Assembly: GCF_029257255.1 (NCBI RefSeq)
Contig: NZ_JARICI010000026.1
Location: 11,497-75,496 of the forward strand
Origin: Sporosarcina sp.
Lineage (GTDB): Bacteria > Bacillota > Bacilli > Bacillales_A > Planococcaceae
Reading direction: 5' to 3'
DNA length: 64,000 nt
In this document: positions 21,210 through 31,900 of the stretch, one piece after another
How the letters are laid out: each line of letters opens with the position of its first letter
Position numbering within the stretch: the first letter of the stretch is position 1
Translations under genes and position numbers: made by a program
Notes under the pieces: model-generated
Told to the model about the DNA's origin: nothing
Databases searched by the model: none
What the model saw: the letters and a program-made list of their open reading frames with translations, nothing else

Positions 21210-21855
21210 ATTTTAATGAATAGCAATCGGAAGAATGGATCACAATATCGTAAATTGGAAGTAAGCGATTGAACGTATCATCTGCATAGCGATAAAACTC
21301 TTCCTCTGTCATTTTGACTGCTTGTTCCTTCGGTAGATGACGCCCTACAAGGAACTCTGCCTTTTTGACAGTCTGCAGTCGTTCCAGTATTTTCTCAAGT
21401 CCATCTTTATTTGTTTCACAGATTGCCTCAGCTTCAGGCTTCATGTGATCGCCGGAAACAATAAAATCGTCGGGCAGCAAAAGAAGTTCGTCTACATTTT
21501 TTTTCAGTCGTTCGGCAATGCCTTTCTTATCAGGATTTTCATAAATAATTGCCAACACGATGAATAAATGAGTGCCCCATAAGCCAATCTGAAAGTGAGG
21601 CAGCGCTTTGTATCCTCTCTTTGCGGGTGCGAATGCGACCCAGCTATCTTTAGGTGGATTTACGGTCCGTCTAGCATGTCGCGCGACGTGCGGGAAAAAC
21701 TCTCCTTTACCATGCGCAGAAAGGTGGTGTGAAAAATGGTCTCCCAATTCTCTGAACTTTGGCTGAATTTTTTGCTGCAATGCCTCCATCCGATATTCGA
21801 GTCCTTCAATCGTAAAAACATCAAAATCCTTTGCTGTCCAATAGGTACTAGTCAA
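21208..21855 (-). CDS. yktB: UPF0637 protein YktB
   Basis: DFDVFTIEGLEYRMEALQQKIQPKF matches the YktB family. TTG 21855 has GGAGGAG 7 nt upstream. The track ORF's longer N-terminus lacks an SD. Confidence 0.8.
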   Translation of the reverse strand: MTSTYWTAKDFDVFTIEGLEYRMEALQQKIQPKFRELGDHFSHHLSAHGKGEFFPHVARHARRTVNPPKDSWVAFAPAKRGYKALPHFQIGLWGTHLFIVLAIIYENPDKKGIAERLKKNVDELLLLPDDFIVSGDHMKPEAEAICETNKDGLEKILERLQTVKKAEFLVGRHLPKEQAVKMTEEEFYRYADDTFNRLLPIYDIVIHSSDCYSLK

Positions 21856-22014
21856 TAAAATTCTCCTCCAGTTTGAAATGTCTACGTTTATCTTATCAAT
21901 AAACGGGGAATAATTTAAAATAACAAGGCTTCTAACCACTTAAAGTCGGAATTTTCACATACCTTATCATAAGACGGTTAGTTCAGCTAATACTAATTAA
22001 AGGGGTGCTTACTC

Positions 22015-22215
22015 ATGAAACAAGTTGTTCATTTTATTCGTAAAGAAGACGTAGAAAGAGAATATCTCCGTACACTGCATTTGGAACTTGATTACGAATT
22101 AGCTACTCTGTTTGATGCACTGCAAGAAGAAGATACAAAACAAGTCGAGAAAAGTAAAGAGCGTTTAGCGGAAATTCATAATGAGTTGGAGACTTTAGAT
22201 GTTTTCACAGCGTGA
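22015..22215 (+). CDS. Small charged protein (position of B. subtilis ykzI)
   Basis: 66-aa ORF between yktB and the IMPase gene. AGGGGTG upstream. A structured terminator follows. Confidence 0.5.
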   Translation: MKQVVHFIRKEDVEREYLRTLHLELDYELATLFDALQEEDTKQVEKSKERLAEIHNELETLDVFTA

Positions 22216-22368
22216 GAGTCAATCAGTAAGAGGCATCCCTCATTTCCTTCAGAATTGAAGAAAATGTGACGGGATGCCTTTTTACTTAATTAGGTGTAAC
22301 CGTTTTCTCTTTTGTTCCTTCTGCTCTATGTTATACTAGCACTAGTCGGAATGGGAAGAGGTGGCAAG

Positions 22369-23160
22369 ATGAATCTTAATGCAATCGATCGCTATGCAAA
22401 ATCGTTGATAAAAGAGGCTGGCCACAAAATACGTGTGTCATTTTTTAATACGATAGACATTGATTCGAAGTCTGATGCCAACGATTTAGTGACGAATATT
22501 GATAAAGAAGTGGAACTATTCTTCATTGAGCGTGTAAAAGAAGACTTTCCTGATCACAAAATTGTATCAGAAGAAGGATTTGGAGATCGAATTTCTTCAT
22601 TAGATGGAATAGTTTGGTTTTTAGACCCGATTGACGGGACTATGAATTTCATCCATCAAAAAAGAAACTTTGCGATTTCATTGGGGATTTATGTAGACGG
22701 CGTGGGGATGCTGGGCTATATATATGATGTAATGGCGGATGATTTATACCATGCAGCAAAAGACGAGGGCGCCTACTTTAATGATGAGCGGCTTCCGCAG
22801 CTGGAAATTACGCCTCTCGAAGAAGCGGTGATTGGCATCAATGCGAGTTGGGTAGTACCGAACGGCAGAGTGGATAATGATAAAATCATTGAATTGGTCA
22901 CTCGCTGCAGGGGGACGCGTTCCTATGGTTCAGCTGCAATAGAGCTTGCTTACGTTTCATCTGGAAGAATTGATGCATATATTTCCATGCGTTTGGCGCC
23001 GTGGGATATAGCGGGGGGCATTGTCATCGCGCAGGAAGTAGGAGCGATGGCTACGAATTTACAGGGGGAAACACCACATTTGCTTGGTACGGACTCATTT
23101 ATAGTGACAAGACCAAACTTGCATAAAGAAATATTGACAAATTATATCCGACTAAAATAA
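22369..23160 (+). CDS. suhB: Inositol monophosphatase family protein (YktC/SuhB-like)
   Basis: IMPase motifs WFLDPIDGTMNF and WDIAGG. ATG 22369 chosen to match the family N-terminus. Confidence 0.85.
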   Translation: MNLNAIDRYAKSLIKEAGHKIRVSFFNTIDIDSKSDANDLVTNIDKEVELFFIERVKEDFPDHKIVSEEGFGDRISSLDGIVWFLDPIDGTMNFIHQKRNFAISLGIYVDGVGMLGYIYDVMADDLYHAAKDEGAYFNDERLPQLEITPLEEAVIGINASWVVPNGRVDNDKIIELVTRCRGTRSYGSAAIELAYVSSGRIDAYISMRLAPWDIAGGIVIAQEVGAMATNLQGETPHLLGTDSFIVTRPNLHKEILTNYIRLK

Positions 23161-23245
23161 AAAAGGGGCTGTCTGTTAAACCAATGTGGTTTAATCTGCA
23201 GTCCCTTTACCTATATATTCGACGAAATTGTATATAAAAATGGGT

Positions 23246-23431
23246 TTAAAGAGTACCTTCTCTGCGCATACGTGCTTTTGTTTTAAAACCATTACCCATA
23301 ATAAAGATGAGGGCGGCGATGGCAAGAACGACTAATAAAATGCTGCGCATGCCTATTCCAACGCCAATTGCAGACATAGATAAAACGGCTGCAAGTGAAT
23401 AAATTACGAAAATCCACTTAATGTCTTTCAA
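23246..23431 (-). CDS. ylaF: Small two-TMS membrane protein (YlaF-like)
   Basis: TTG start after GGAGGGA. Hydrophobic 61 aa. Divergent from typA, as ylaF is from ylaG. Confidence 0.55.
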   Translation of the reverse strand: MKDIKWIFVIYSLAAVLSMSAIGVGIGMRSILLVVLAIAALIFIMGNGFKTKARMRREGTL

Positions 23432-23531
23432 AAAAATCCCTCCATATAAAATTAAATATTATTGAATTGTACTATCTTGTGCTATAATAACACAGTTGAA
23501 CATCTGAAATAAAGATAAACGGAGTGAAAAA

Positions 23532-25373
23532 ATGACAAACGTACGTACAGATCTTAGAAATATAGCAATTATTGCCCACGTAGACCATGGTAAAACTACT
23601 TTAGTTGACCAGCTGTTAAAACAATCAGGTATTTTCCGATCAAATGAGCACGTGGATGATCGCGCAATGGATTCGAATGAGTTGGAACGTGAACGCGGAA
23701 TAACGATTCTAGCTAAGAACACAGCTATTGAATATAAAGGCACAAAAATCAATATCATGGATACACCTGGACACGCTGACTTCGGTGGAGAAGTAGAGCG
23801 AATCCTGCGCATGGTAGACGGCGTTATCCTTGTTGTCGATTCTTTTGAAGGCTGTATGCCTCAAACTCGTTTCGTACTGAAGAAAGCACTTGAAACGAAT
23901 TTGAAGCCAATCGTGGTTGTCAATAAAATTGACCGCGACTTTGCACGTCCTGAAGAAGTAGTAGATGAAGTACTAGAATTATTCATCGAGCTAGATGCGA
24001 ACGATGAGCAATTGGAATTCCCTGTTGTATATGCATCAGGATTTAACGGAACAGCAAGTTTGTCTCCGGATCCGGCTGAACAGGAAGACACGCTTCGTGT
24101 TCTTTATGATTCCATTCTAGAAAACATTCCCACGCCTGTTGATAACCGCGATGAGCCTTTGCAGTTCCAAGTATCACTCTTGGATTACAACGACTATGTC
24201 GGACGTATCGGTATCGGACGTATTTTCCGTGGTACAATGAAGGTTGGAGAACAAGTTTCCGTCTTGAAACGTGACGGTTCTGTGAAAAATCTTCGAGTTA
24301 CAAAATTATATGGCTTTATGGGCCTTAAAAGAGTAGAAGTTGAAGAAGCATACGCAGGAGATCTGGTTGCCGTTTCAGGTATGGGTAATATTGACGTCGG
24401 AGAGACTGTTTGTCCAACTGATCATCCAGAAGCTCTTCCGGAACTTCACGTTGATGAGCCAACACTTCAAATGCGTTTCTTAGTAAACAACAGTCCTTTT
24501 GCAGGGCGCGAAGGTAAATGGGTGACAGCCCGTAAGATCCAGGAGCGTTTAGATCAGCAGTTAGAGACAGATGTTTCTTTACGTGTAGATCCAACAGATT
24601 CTCCGGATGAATGGATCGTTTCAGGACGCGGTGAGTTACATTTGTCGATCTTGATTGAAAATATGCGCCGCGAAGGATATGAGCTGCAAGTATCTAAACC
24701 GCAAGTTATCATCCGCGAAATTGATGGTGTGCGTTCAGAGCCTTTCGAACGTGTACAAATTGACATTCCTGAAGAGCACACAGGTTCAATTATCGAATCT
24801 ATCGGTGAGCGTAAAGGTGAAATGATCGACATGATCAATAATGGAAATGGACAAGTTCGTCTGATTTTCTTAGTCCCGGCACGCGGATTGATTGGTTATA
24901 CAACAGAATTCCTTACACTAACTCGCGGATATGGTATTTTGAATCATACATTTGATTGCTACAAGCCAGTAACAACAGGTAAAATTGGCGGCCGCCGTCA
25001 CGGAGTTCTTGTTTCTATGGAAAACGGAACAGTTACAGGTTATGGTGTTATGCAATTGGAAGACCGAGGCACAATGTTCGTTGAAACGGGTGCTGAGATC
25101 TATGCAGGTATGGTAGTTGGAGAAAGTAACCGTGACAGCGACTTGACGATCAACTTGACGAGAATCAAGCATGCGACAAACGTTCGTTCCGCTACGAAAG
25201 ACCAGACGGTTACAACGAAAAAACCTCGTATTATGTCACTTGAAGAGGCGCTTCAGTATATTGGAGACGACGAGTATTGTGAAATTACGCCGCAAACGAT
25301 CCGTTTACGTAAGAAGGTTCTTGATAAGAGTGAACGTGACCGGGCAAATAAAAGAAAAAAACTTGGGGAATAA
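23532..25373 (+). CDS. typA: Translational GTPase TypA/BipA
   Basis: 613 aa with G1 AHVDHGKTT and G3 [11 protein letters not shown]-like domain order. Confidence 0.95.
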   Translation: MTNVRTDLRNIAIIAHVDHGKTTLVDQLLKQSGIFRSNEHVDDRAMDSNELERERGITILAKNTAIEYKGTKINIMDTPGHADFGGEVERILRMVDGVILVVDSFEGCMPQTRFVLKKALETNLKPIVVVNKIDRDFARPEEVVDEVLELFIELDANDEQLEFPVVYASGFNGTASLSPDPAEQEDTLRVLYDSILENIPTPVDNRDEPLQFQVSLLDYNDYVGRIGIGRIFRGTMKVGEQVSVLKRDGSVKNLRVTKLYGFMGLKRVEVEEAYAGDLVAVSGMGNIDVGETVCPTDHPEALPELHVDEPTLQMRFLVNNSPFAGREGKWVTARKIQERLDQQLETDVSLRVDPTDSPDEWIVSGRGELHLSILIENMRREGYELQVSKPQVIIREIDGVRSEPFERVQIDIPEEHTGSIIESIGERKGEMIDMINNGNGQVRLIFLVPARGLIGYTTEFLTLTRGYGILNHTFDCYKPVTTGKIGGRRHGVLVSMENGTVTGYGVMQLEDRGTMFVETGAEIYAGMVVGESNRDSDLTINLTRIKHATNVRSATKDQTVTTKKPRIMSLEEALQYIGDDEYCEITPQTIRLRKKVLDKSERDRANKRKKLGE

Positions 25374-25388
25374 TTTAGATAGAAGGGA

Positions 25389-25733
25389 ATGTATGGAATG
25401 AGAGTAGAGGATTCAGAGATGGTCTACAATCGGATGTCCGGAATTGCGCGCATGGTTTATGAACTGGCTCCAAATTTCGACATAGCCGGCTATATTCTGT
25501 TGGCCCTCATTTTCATCATGTCTGCTATTGTATACAAGCTTGGTTTTGCGAAAAAGATCAGCTTTTGGCAAAACGCGGTTATTTATACGTTTTTATTTAT
25601 TGGCTGTTTGGTTCTGACGTTCTTGGCTTTTTTCCTTCCGATCATGGAAGGCTTGATCGTCGCCGCTGCCATTCTAATAATTTACCGCGTACGCCGAATG
25701 AACGAATACAAAAAAGACTCCACTGTGCAATAA
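25389..25733 (+). CDS. ylaH: YlaH-like membrane protein
   Basis: SAIVYKLGFAKKI..YTFLFIGC..PIMEGLIVAAAILIIY resembles B. subtilis YlaH. Start among several Met codons is uncertain. Confidence 0.6.
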   Translation: MYGMRVEDSEMVYNRMSGIARMVYELAPNFDIAGYILLALIFIMSAIVYKLGFAKKISFWQNAVIYTFLFIGCLVLTFLAFFLPIMEGLIVAAAILIIYRVRRMNEYKKDSTVQ

Positions 25734-25749
25734 ACAGCGGAGTTTTTTT
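25718..25749 (+). terminator. Terminator after ylaH
   Basis: ctccactg-tgcaataaa-cagcggag followed by ttttttt. Confidence 0.7.
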
Positions 25750-25768
25750 GTTGTTTAAGGGCAATGCA

Positions 25769-25917
25769 GGTAAGTAGTAGGAGACCGTTCCCCTGCGCTT
25801 CAGGCGGACGCTTTCCCGAGGGCGTGGCTTGAGCCTCCTCGTCGCTGCGCTCCTGCGGGGTCTCAAGGCGCACGCTGATCCTCCGGGAGTCGCCGCCTTA
25901 CGCTGCGGTCCACTAGT
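25769..25917 (+). repeat. Module A repeat, copy A2
   Basis: ggtaagtagtaggagaccgttcccctgcgcttcaggcggacgctttcccgaggg..gatcctccgggagtcgccgcctta. Same ends as A1 with a divergent inner stem. Confidence 0.8.
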
Positions 25918-26351
25918 TTGTATTAATTAAGAAGTAACTAATCCCCACATTTATCAGTTTCGCGGTTAGAAATAAGCTCGCAAATTTAATTTTGGATTAC
26001 CGAGTGTTGTAAAAGTAATTCTTGCAATTATTATTGTGAACTCTCAATAGTGTTGCTTAGAATATAGTGTTTGTAACAGAAAATGTAGTATTCAATATAA
26101 TTTTAAGAGAAATAAGAGACTCGACTTGAAACAAATTACGCTACGATCAGTTTTTATTTATGTGAAATTGCAGCATAGAGATCATGTTTTTACTTTCACC
26201 TGAATGAATTTTTCTATAATTTTATTGCGCTATTACAATTGGAACAACTTAGATAATTATAGAAAATGAAACTATTACTAAGGTATGAAATTGCATAATA
26301 TTAAAAGTTAATCTTAAATAACCTGCAATGTTATTCAAATAGAACTCAGCG

Positions 26352-26516
26352 TAATAAGTATTGTAAAACACTCCAGTGTACCGAAGTGGAAGACGGCGAC
26401 TCCGGGAGGATCAGCCCGACAGGTGAGACGACTTGGGGGAGCGAAGCGACCAAGTCGGCTCACCGCGGGCCCTCCGGAACGCGTCCGTCTGTAACGCAGG
26501 GAAACGGTATCTCAAC
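26352..26516 (-). repeat. Module A repeat, copy A3, with T tail
   Basis: Reverse complement reads gataccgtttccctgcgttacagacggacgcgttccggaggg..cctcccggagtcgccgtcttccacttcggtacactggagtgttttacaatacttattacg. Inverted relative to A2. Confidence 0.85.
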
Positions 26517-26540
26517 TGCAACCCGTTACTTTTTTAGAAG

Positions 26541-26576
26541 TAAAAACCCCGCTGCACAAAACTTGCACAGCGGAGT
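26541..26576 (-). terminator. Terminator after ylaI
   Basis: Minus strand: ctccgctg..cagcgggg followed by ttttta. Confidence 0.7.
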
Positions 26577-26583
26577 TTACCTA

Positions 26584-26787
26584 TCAAAAATCTTTTTCAG
26601 TTAAGTGGGAACTTCGGTAGAAAATGAAGTTGCCTGTTGCTATGCGGGCCTCTGTTTTTTCACTGATGCGCTCCCTGCATGAAGGGCACATATACGTGTG
26701 AATTGGCTTGTTTCTCAGCTTTTTAGCAAGAGGGTCACTATCTTCTAACTGGTTGATTTGGTCGCACAGGACGCATTTGACACGCAT
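26584..26787 (-). CDS. ylaI: YlaI family zinc-ribbon protein
   Basis: MRVKCVLCDQI..AKKLRNKPIHTYMCPSCRERI matches YlaI. AAGGAG lies 8 nt before ATG 26787. The longer track ORF overlaps the upstream gene. Confidence 0.8.
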   Translation of the reverse strand: MRVKCVLCDQINQLEDSDPLAKKLRNKPIHTYMCPSCRERISEKTEARIATGNFIFYRSSHLTEKDF

Positions 26788-26800
26788 GCGGTCATCTCCT

Positions 26801-27301
26801 TCAGTCCACCTGGATCGCTTGCACATTACGGATCGGCGACTCTTTGTTCGAACCGTCTCTAAACAGCGCATGAACAGGCCCGTCTTCGCGTAAAGGCTTG
26901 CCTTCGTGGCTGAATTTAAACAGAATATTTGCAGACTCCGCCAGTGGATACGTGTATTTTTCATTGTCTTTTGTAATGAGTGTAAATGTCTTTGCACCGG
27001 CATTTGGCTCGGCATTTTTAATAAAAGGCTCTACAACGATTGCGAAGCTTGCTGTCAGCATTTTATCTTTCTCGTAGCGTTTTTCACTCTTTAATGTTGG
27101 AGGAAATGTATTGCCTTCCATAATTTCGCGGGACCAATGCTTGCCCATTTTTTCTTTATACTCTTCCATTTCATCGCGTTCCACGAACTCTTTTGTAAAG
27201 AAAATATCTAAGTCTAAGCGTCTGTCATCAAAAATCCAAACGGTCGGATCTAAAGTAATATTATGTTTTACATTTCCTGTGATAGGTACTATAAATTCCA
27301 A
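26801..27301 (-). CDS. Hypothetical protein, 166 aa
   Basis: TTG start with GAGGAGG 7 nt upstream. Lies 13 nt upstream of ylaI, so probably the same operon. I recognise no family. Confidence 0.6.
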   Translation of the reverse strand: MEFIVPITGNVKHNITLDPTVWIFDDRRLDLDIFFTKEFVERDEMEEYKEKMGKHWSREIMEGNTFPPTLKSEKRYEKDKMLTASFAIVVEPFIKNAEPNAGAKTFTLITKDNEKYTYPLAESANILFKFSHEGKPLREDGPVHALFRDGSNKESPIRNVQAIQVD

Positions 27302-27478
27302 AATACTTCCTCCTCAATCATTTTCAACTAATTCAAGTATACCTTTTCATTATGAAAGTGAAAAGGATTTCATACAGATCTATACTTTTCATGGAGTAAT
27401 ACTTGCAATTTTTAATTGCAAAAGATACAATTTAGACATTAACACCTTGCGGGAATAATGAATAATGGGGGCGTCTCC

Positions 27479-27760
27479 ATGGATATAGAAGTTCAAGATA
27501 CTTACAAAGAAAAAGCAATGAAGCAGCTTCATACGGATGCGGATAAAATTGCGAAGTTAATTAAAGTGCAGATGGATAATTTAACGATGCCGCAATGTCC
27601 GTTATACGAGGAAGTGCTTGATACACAAATGTACGGTTTGTCCCGTGAGATTGATTTTGCTGTGAAGCTTGGTCTTGTGGAGCAGGAAAAGGGCAGGGAA
27701 ATCCTTACTATGTTAGAGAAAGAGTTAAATATTTTGCACGAACTGTATACAAAAAAATAA
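27479..27760 (+). CDS. ylaN: UPF0358 protein YlaN
   Basis: [39 protein letters not shown] matches the YlaN family closely. Confidence 0.85.
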   Translation: MDIEVQDTYKEKAMKQLHTDADKIAKLIKVQMDNLTMPQCPLYEEVLDTQMYGLSREIDFAVKLGLVEQEKGREILTMLEKELNILHELYTKK

Positions 27761-27767
27761 ATGAAAG

Positions 27768-27798
27768 ACTCAAACTTCTAAAACGGTTTGAGTTTTTT
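27768..27798 (+). terminator. Terminator after ylaN
   Basis: actcaaac-ttctaaaacg-gtttgagt followed by ttttt. Confidence 0.8.
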
Positions 27799-27823
27799 AT
27801 TTAGGACGATGAGGTAGCTAGTA

Positions 27824-28990
27824 ATGAAGACTTATATGAACCGAATTTTAAGAAATTTTGACTATTCCCTATTTGCAGTATATTTGTTATTATGTCTATT
27901 TGGTTTAATAATGATATATAGCGCCAGCATGGTTTGGTCAGTAAATATATATAATGATGAACCAACACGTTTTTATCGCAAGCAGATCATCAGTCTAGCC
28001 ATTGCGATTCCAGCTTTCTTAGCTGCCTCAATCATACCTTACAGGCATTACCGCAATAAAAAATTCCTCTATGCGACAGTCGGGGTGATGTTTGCTCTGC
28101 TTATTATTGTCAAATTTATCGGATTTGGTGATTCTGTCGGTGCAAAAAGCTGGATTGCTTTAGGAAAATTAGGTAATATTCAGCCAACGGAAGTAGCGAA
28201 GATTGCTTTCATCATTTATTTTTCAGGTGTTTTTGCCAATAAATTTTATGCCGGCACCCTCGATGAAATTAAAACGACTATAGTGCCGACGTTTTCAATA
28301 CTTTCAATATCACTGATATTAGTAATCTTAGAGCCTGATTTTGGGGCAACGATGATCTTGTTTTTAATCGCTGTGTCTGTAATTGCAGCCAGTGGTATGA
28401 AGTGGAAGAATTATATGAAAATCAGTGCTTTTTTTGCTGTACTAGGGGTGGGTTTAGGCCTCCTTTTATGGATAAAGTGGGATGATGTCATGACGGGTTC
28501 ACGTGTCGGACGAATTCTTGCATTTACTGACCCTTTTGAATATATGCAGGGGTCAGGACTACAAATAGTCAACGGTTATATAGCAATCGGCGCCGGCGGC
28601 TTGAAAGGGGTGGGGCTTGGAAATTCTATACAGAAACTTGGATATTTACCGGAACCTCATACCGACGTCATTATGGCAGTGATATCTGAAGAGATGGGGT
28701 TATTAGGGACAACCATTGTCCTTGGCGGTTTGTTTTTCATTGTAATGAAAGCGTTTATCGTTGCTTTGCGCACGAAAGATGCACATGCACGTATGCTGGC
28801 AGCTGGTGTTGGTAGCCTGATAGCCATTCAGACTCTTGTAAACTTAGGTGGTTTAACAGGATTGATCCCATTAACAGGTGTTACGCTGCCATTCATCAGT
28901 TATGGCGGTACGTCTGTTGTCTTCTTGTCTATTGCGCTGGGTATACTGATGAACGTAACGATGTTTGTGAAGTATGAAAAAACGAAGTAG
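27824..28990 (+). CDS. ftsW: SEDS-family cell-division protein FtsW
   Basis: 388 aa, about 10 TMS, with SEDS motifs (PTEVAKI, GLGNSIQKLGYLPEPHTD, PFISYGGTS). Position before pyc. Confidence 0.9.
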   Translation: MKTYMNRILRNFDYSLFAVYLLLCLFGLIMIYSASMVWSVNIYNDEPTRFYRKQIISLAIAIPAFLAASIIPYRHYRNKKFLYATVGVMFALLIIVKFIGFGDSVGAKSWIALGKLGNIQPTEVAKIAFIIYFSGVFANKFYAGTLDEIKTTIVPTFSILSISLILVILEPDFGATMILFLIAVSVIAASGMKWKNYMKISAFFAVLGVGLGLLLWIKWDDVMTGSRVGRILAFTDPFEYMQGSGLQIVNGYIAIGAGGLKGVGLGNSIQKLGYLPEPHTDVIMAVISEEMGLLGTTIVLGGLFFIVMKAFIVALRTKDAHARMLAAGVGSLIAIQTLVNLGGLTGLIPLTGVTLPFISYGGTSVVFLSIALGILMNVTMFVKYEKTK

Positions 28991-28998
28991 AGAGGAAT

Positions 28999-31900
28999 GT
29001 GTTGTTGGTGGAGAGAAGAGAGATTAAGAAAGTATTGGTCGCAAATCGAGGCGAAATTGCGATCCGAGTATTCAGAGCGTGTACAGAATTAAATATCGCA
29101 ACAGTGGGGATTTATTCAGCAGAAGACCGAGCTTCTTTGCATCGCTATAAATCTGATCAGTCATTTTTAGTTGGTGAAGGAAAGAAACCGATAGATGCTT
29201 ACCTTGATATCGAAGGAATTATCGAGATTGCCAAAAAAGCAAATGTCGATGCAATTCACCCGGGTTACGGATTCTTGGCTGAGAACGCAGAGTTCGCTGC
29301 ACGTTTGGAAGAAGAAGGTATTATTTTCATTGGACCGACATCCAGACATTTACAAATGTTCGGTGACAAAGTGAAAGCACGGGAGCAGGCAATTGCTGCA
29401 GATATCCCAGTTATTCCCGGAAGTGATGGACCTGTAACGTCTGTAGAAGAGGTTCGTGAATTTGGTGCTCAGAATAAGTATCCAATCATTATCAAAGCTT
29501 CGCTAGGCGGAGGCGGACGCGGTATGCGGATCGTTGAATCTGCCGATGAAGTGGATGAAGCGTATAACCGTGCGAAATCCGAAGCGAAATCCGCTTTTGG
29601 TTCAGATGAAGTGTATGTAGAGAAATATATTAATCAGCCAAAACATATTGAAGTGCAAATACTTGGAGATACATATGGAGAGATAGTCCATTTGTACGAG
29701 CGTGATTGTTCGATCCAGCGTCGTCATCAGAAAGTAGTTGAAATTGCACCTTCTATCTCATTAACCGATGAATTGAGAGATGCTATTTGTGAATCAGCTG
29801 TCAAATTATCGAAGAATGTTGGATATATAAACGCTGGTACTGTCGAATTTTTAGTAGCTGACAATGAATTTTATTTCATCGAGGTCAATCCGCGCATTCA
29901 AGTGGAACATACGATTACTGAAATGATTACCGGTATTGATATTGTCCAGTCACAGATTTTTATTGCGCAAGGCGAAAAGCTTCATTCTGAAATAATCAAT
30001 ATTCCACAGCAAAAAGATATTCCGCTTTTCGGTTACGCGATACAGTCACGTGTTACTACAGAAGATCCGTTGAATGATTTCATGCCGGACACAGGCAAAA
30101 TGTCTGTATACCGTTCAGGTGGCGGCTTCGGAGTTCGCTTAGACACAGGAAACGCATACCAAGGCTCTGTCATCAGTCCTTATTATGATTCGCTGCTTGT
30201 AAAAGTATCGACTTGGGGACCGACATTCAGCAGTGCTGCAGCTAAAATGCTCAGAAATTTGAAGGAATTCAGAATACGCGGCATCAAAACCAATATTCCA
30301 TTCCTGGAAAATGTAGTATGCAACCAAGACTTCTTATCAGGAGATTACAATACAAGCTTTATTGATCAGACACCTGAGCTATTCGAGTTTGCGAACAGAC
30401 AAGACCGCGGTACGAAGATGCTCTCTTATCTGGGTAACGTGACGATTAACGGATTCCCGGGAATCGATGATCCGACAAGACCTGTTTTACATCCAGTCAG
30501 GATTCCAGAAATAGATCTAAAGACAGCGCTTCCAAAGGGAACAAAGCAAATTTTGGATGAACAGGGCGCAGATGCTCTTGTCGATTGGGTACGCAAACAA
30601 GAGGATGTATTATTGACGGATACAACATTCCGTGATGCGCACCAGTCTTTATTGGCAACACGTATGAGAACAAAAGAGTTAACGCAGATCGCAACAGAAA
30701 GCGCACATTTGCTTCCTGATCTGTTTTCTTTTGAAATGTGGGGAGGCGCTACATTCGACGTCGCTTACCGTTTCTTGAAGGAAAGTCCATGGGATCGTCT
30801 GGAAAGATTGCGTGAGCAAATTCCCAATGTGCTTTTCCAAATGCTCTTCAGAGGGGCAAATGCAGTAGGTTACACGAACTATCCTGACAACGTAATCCGG
30901 GAGTTCATTAAAGAGTCTGCGTCTTCAGGTATTGACGTGTTCCGAATCTTTGACAGCTTGAACTGGATCAAAGGTATGGAGGTAGCAATCGATGAAACCC
31001 GCGCATCGGGAAAAATTGCAGAAGCAGCAATTTGTTATACAGGAGATATTCTCGATGACAGCCGTGCGAAATATACAGTCAATTACTACAAAGAAATGGC
31101 TAAAGAATTAGAAGCAGTCGGTGCGCATATTCTTGCGATTAAAGATATGGCAGGTCTGTTGAAACCGGAAGCGGCATATCGTTTAATTTCAGAATTAAAA
31201 GATTCCACTGAACTGCCGATTCACTTACATTCTCATGATACGAGCGGTAACGGAATCTTCATGTATGCAAGAGCGATTGAAGCAGGTGTAGATATTGTCG
31301 ATACTGCAATCGGTTCCATGGCAGGTATGACATCTCAGCCTTCTGCCAATTCACTTGCTTATGCGATGCAGGACAGCAAGCGTCAGGTTCGTGCAGAAAC
31401 AGAATCGCTTGAGAAGCTTTCACACTACTGGGAAGATGTCCGAAAGTACTACAAGCCGTTTGAAAGCGGTATGAATAGTCCGCATTCAGAGATTTATGTG
31501 CATGAGATGCCGGGCGGTCAATATTCCAATCTGCAGCAGCAAGCAAAAGCGGTCGGACTTGGCGAGCGTTGGGAAGAAGTTAAGGAAATGTACACCCGCG
31601 TAAACTTCTTATTTGGAGATATTGTTAAAGTGACACCTTCTTCCAAAGTGGTAGGGGATATGGCTCTCTTTATGGTTCAAAACGAGCTGAATGAACACTC
31701 AGTCATTTCTCGCGGGCAGACAATTGACTTCCCTGAATCCGTTATTGAATTCTTCGAAGGGTCGATTGGACAGCCATACGGCGGTTTCCCGAAGGAATTG
31801 CAGGATGTCATTCTGAAAGGACGTAAAGCAATCACAGTACGTCCGGGAGAACTCCTTGAACCTGTTAATTTTGAAAAAGTACTGGGAGAATTAACGGTGA

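Noticed and set aside
25642-25873. Track ORFs 25642..25866 and 25682..25873 (-), Arg/Pro-rich
   Set aside because: They are translations of module A2 overlapping the ylaH 3' end and its terminator. No SD is present, and their composition is an artefact of the GC-rich repeat.
26386-26604. Track ORF 26386..26604 (+) MEDGDSGRISPTGETTWGSEATK..
   Set aside because: It is a translation of module A3. The same kind of peptide arises from every A copy, there is no SD, and it runs through the ylaI terminator.
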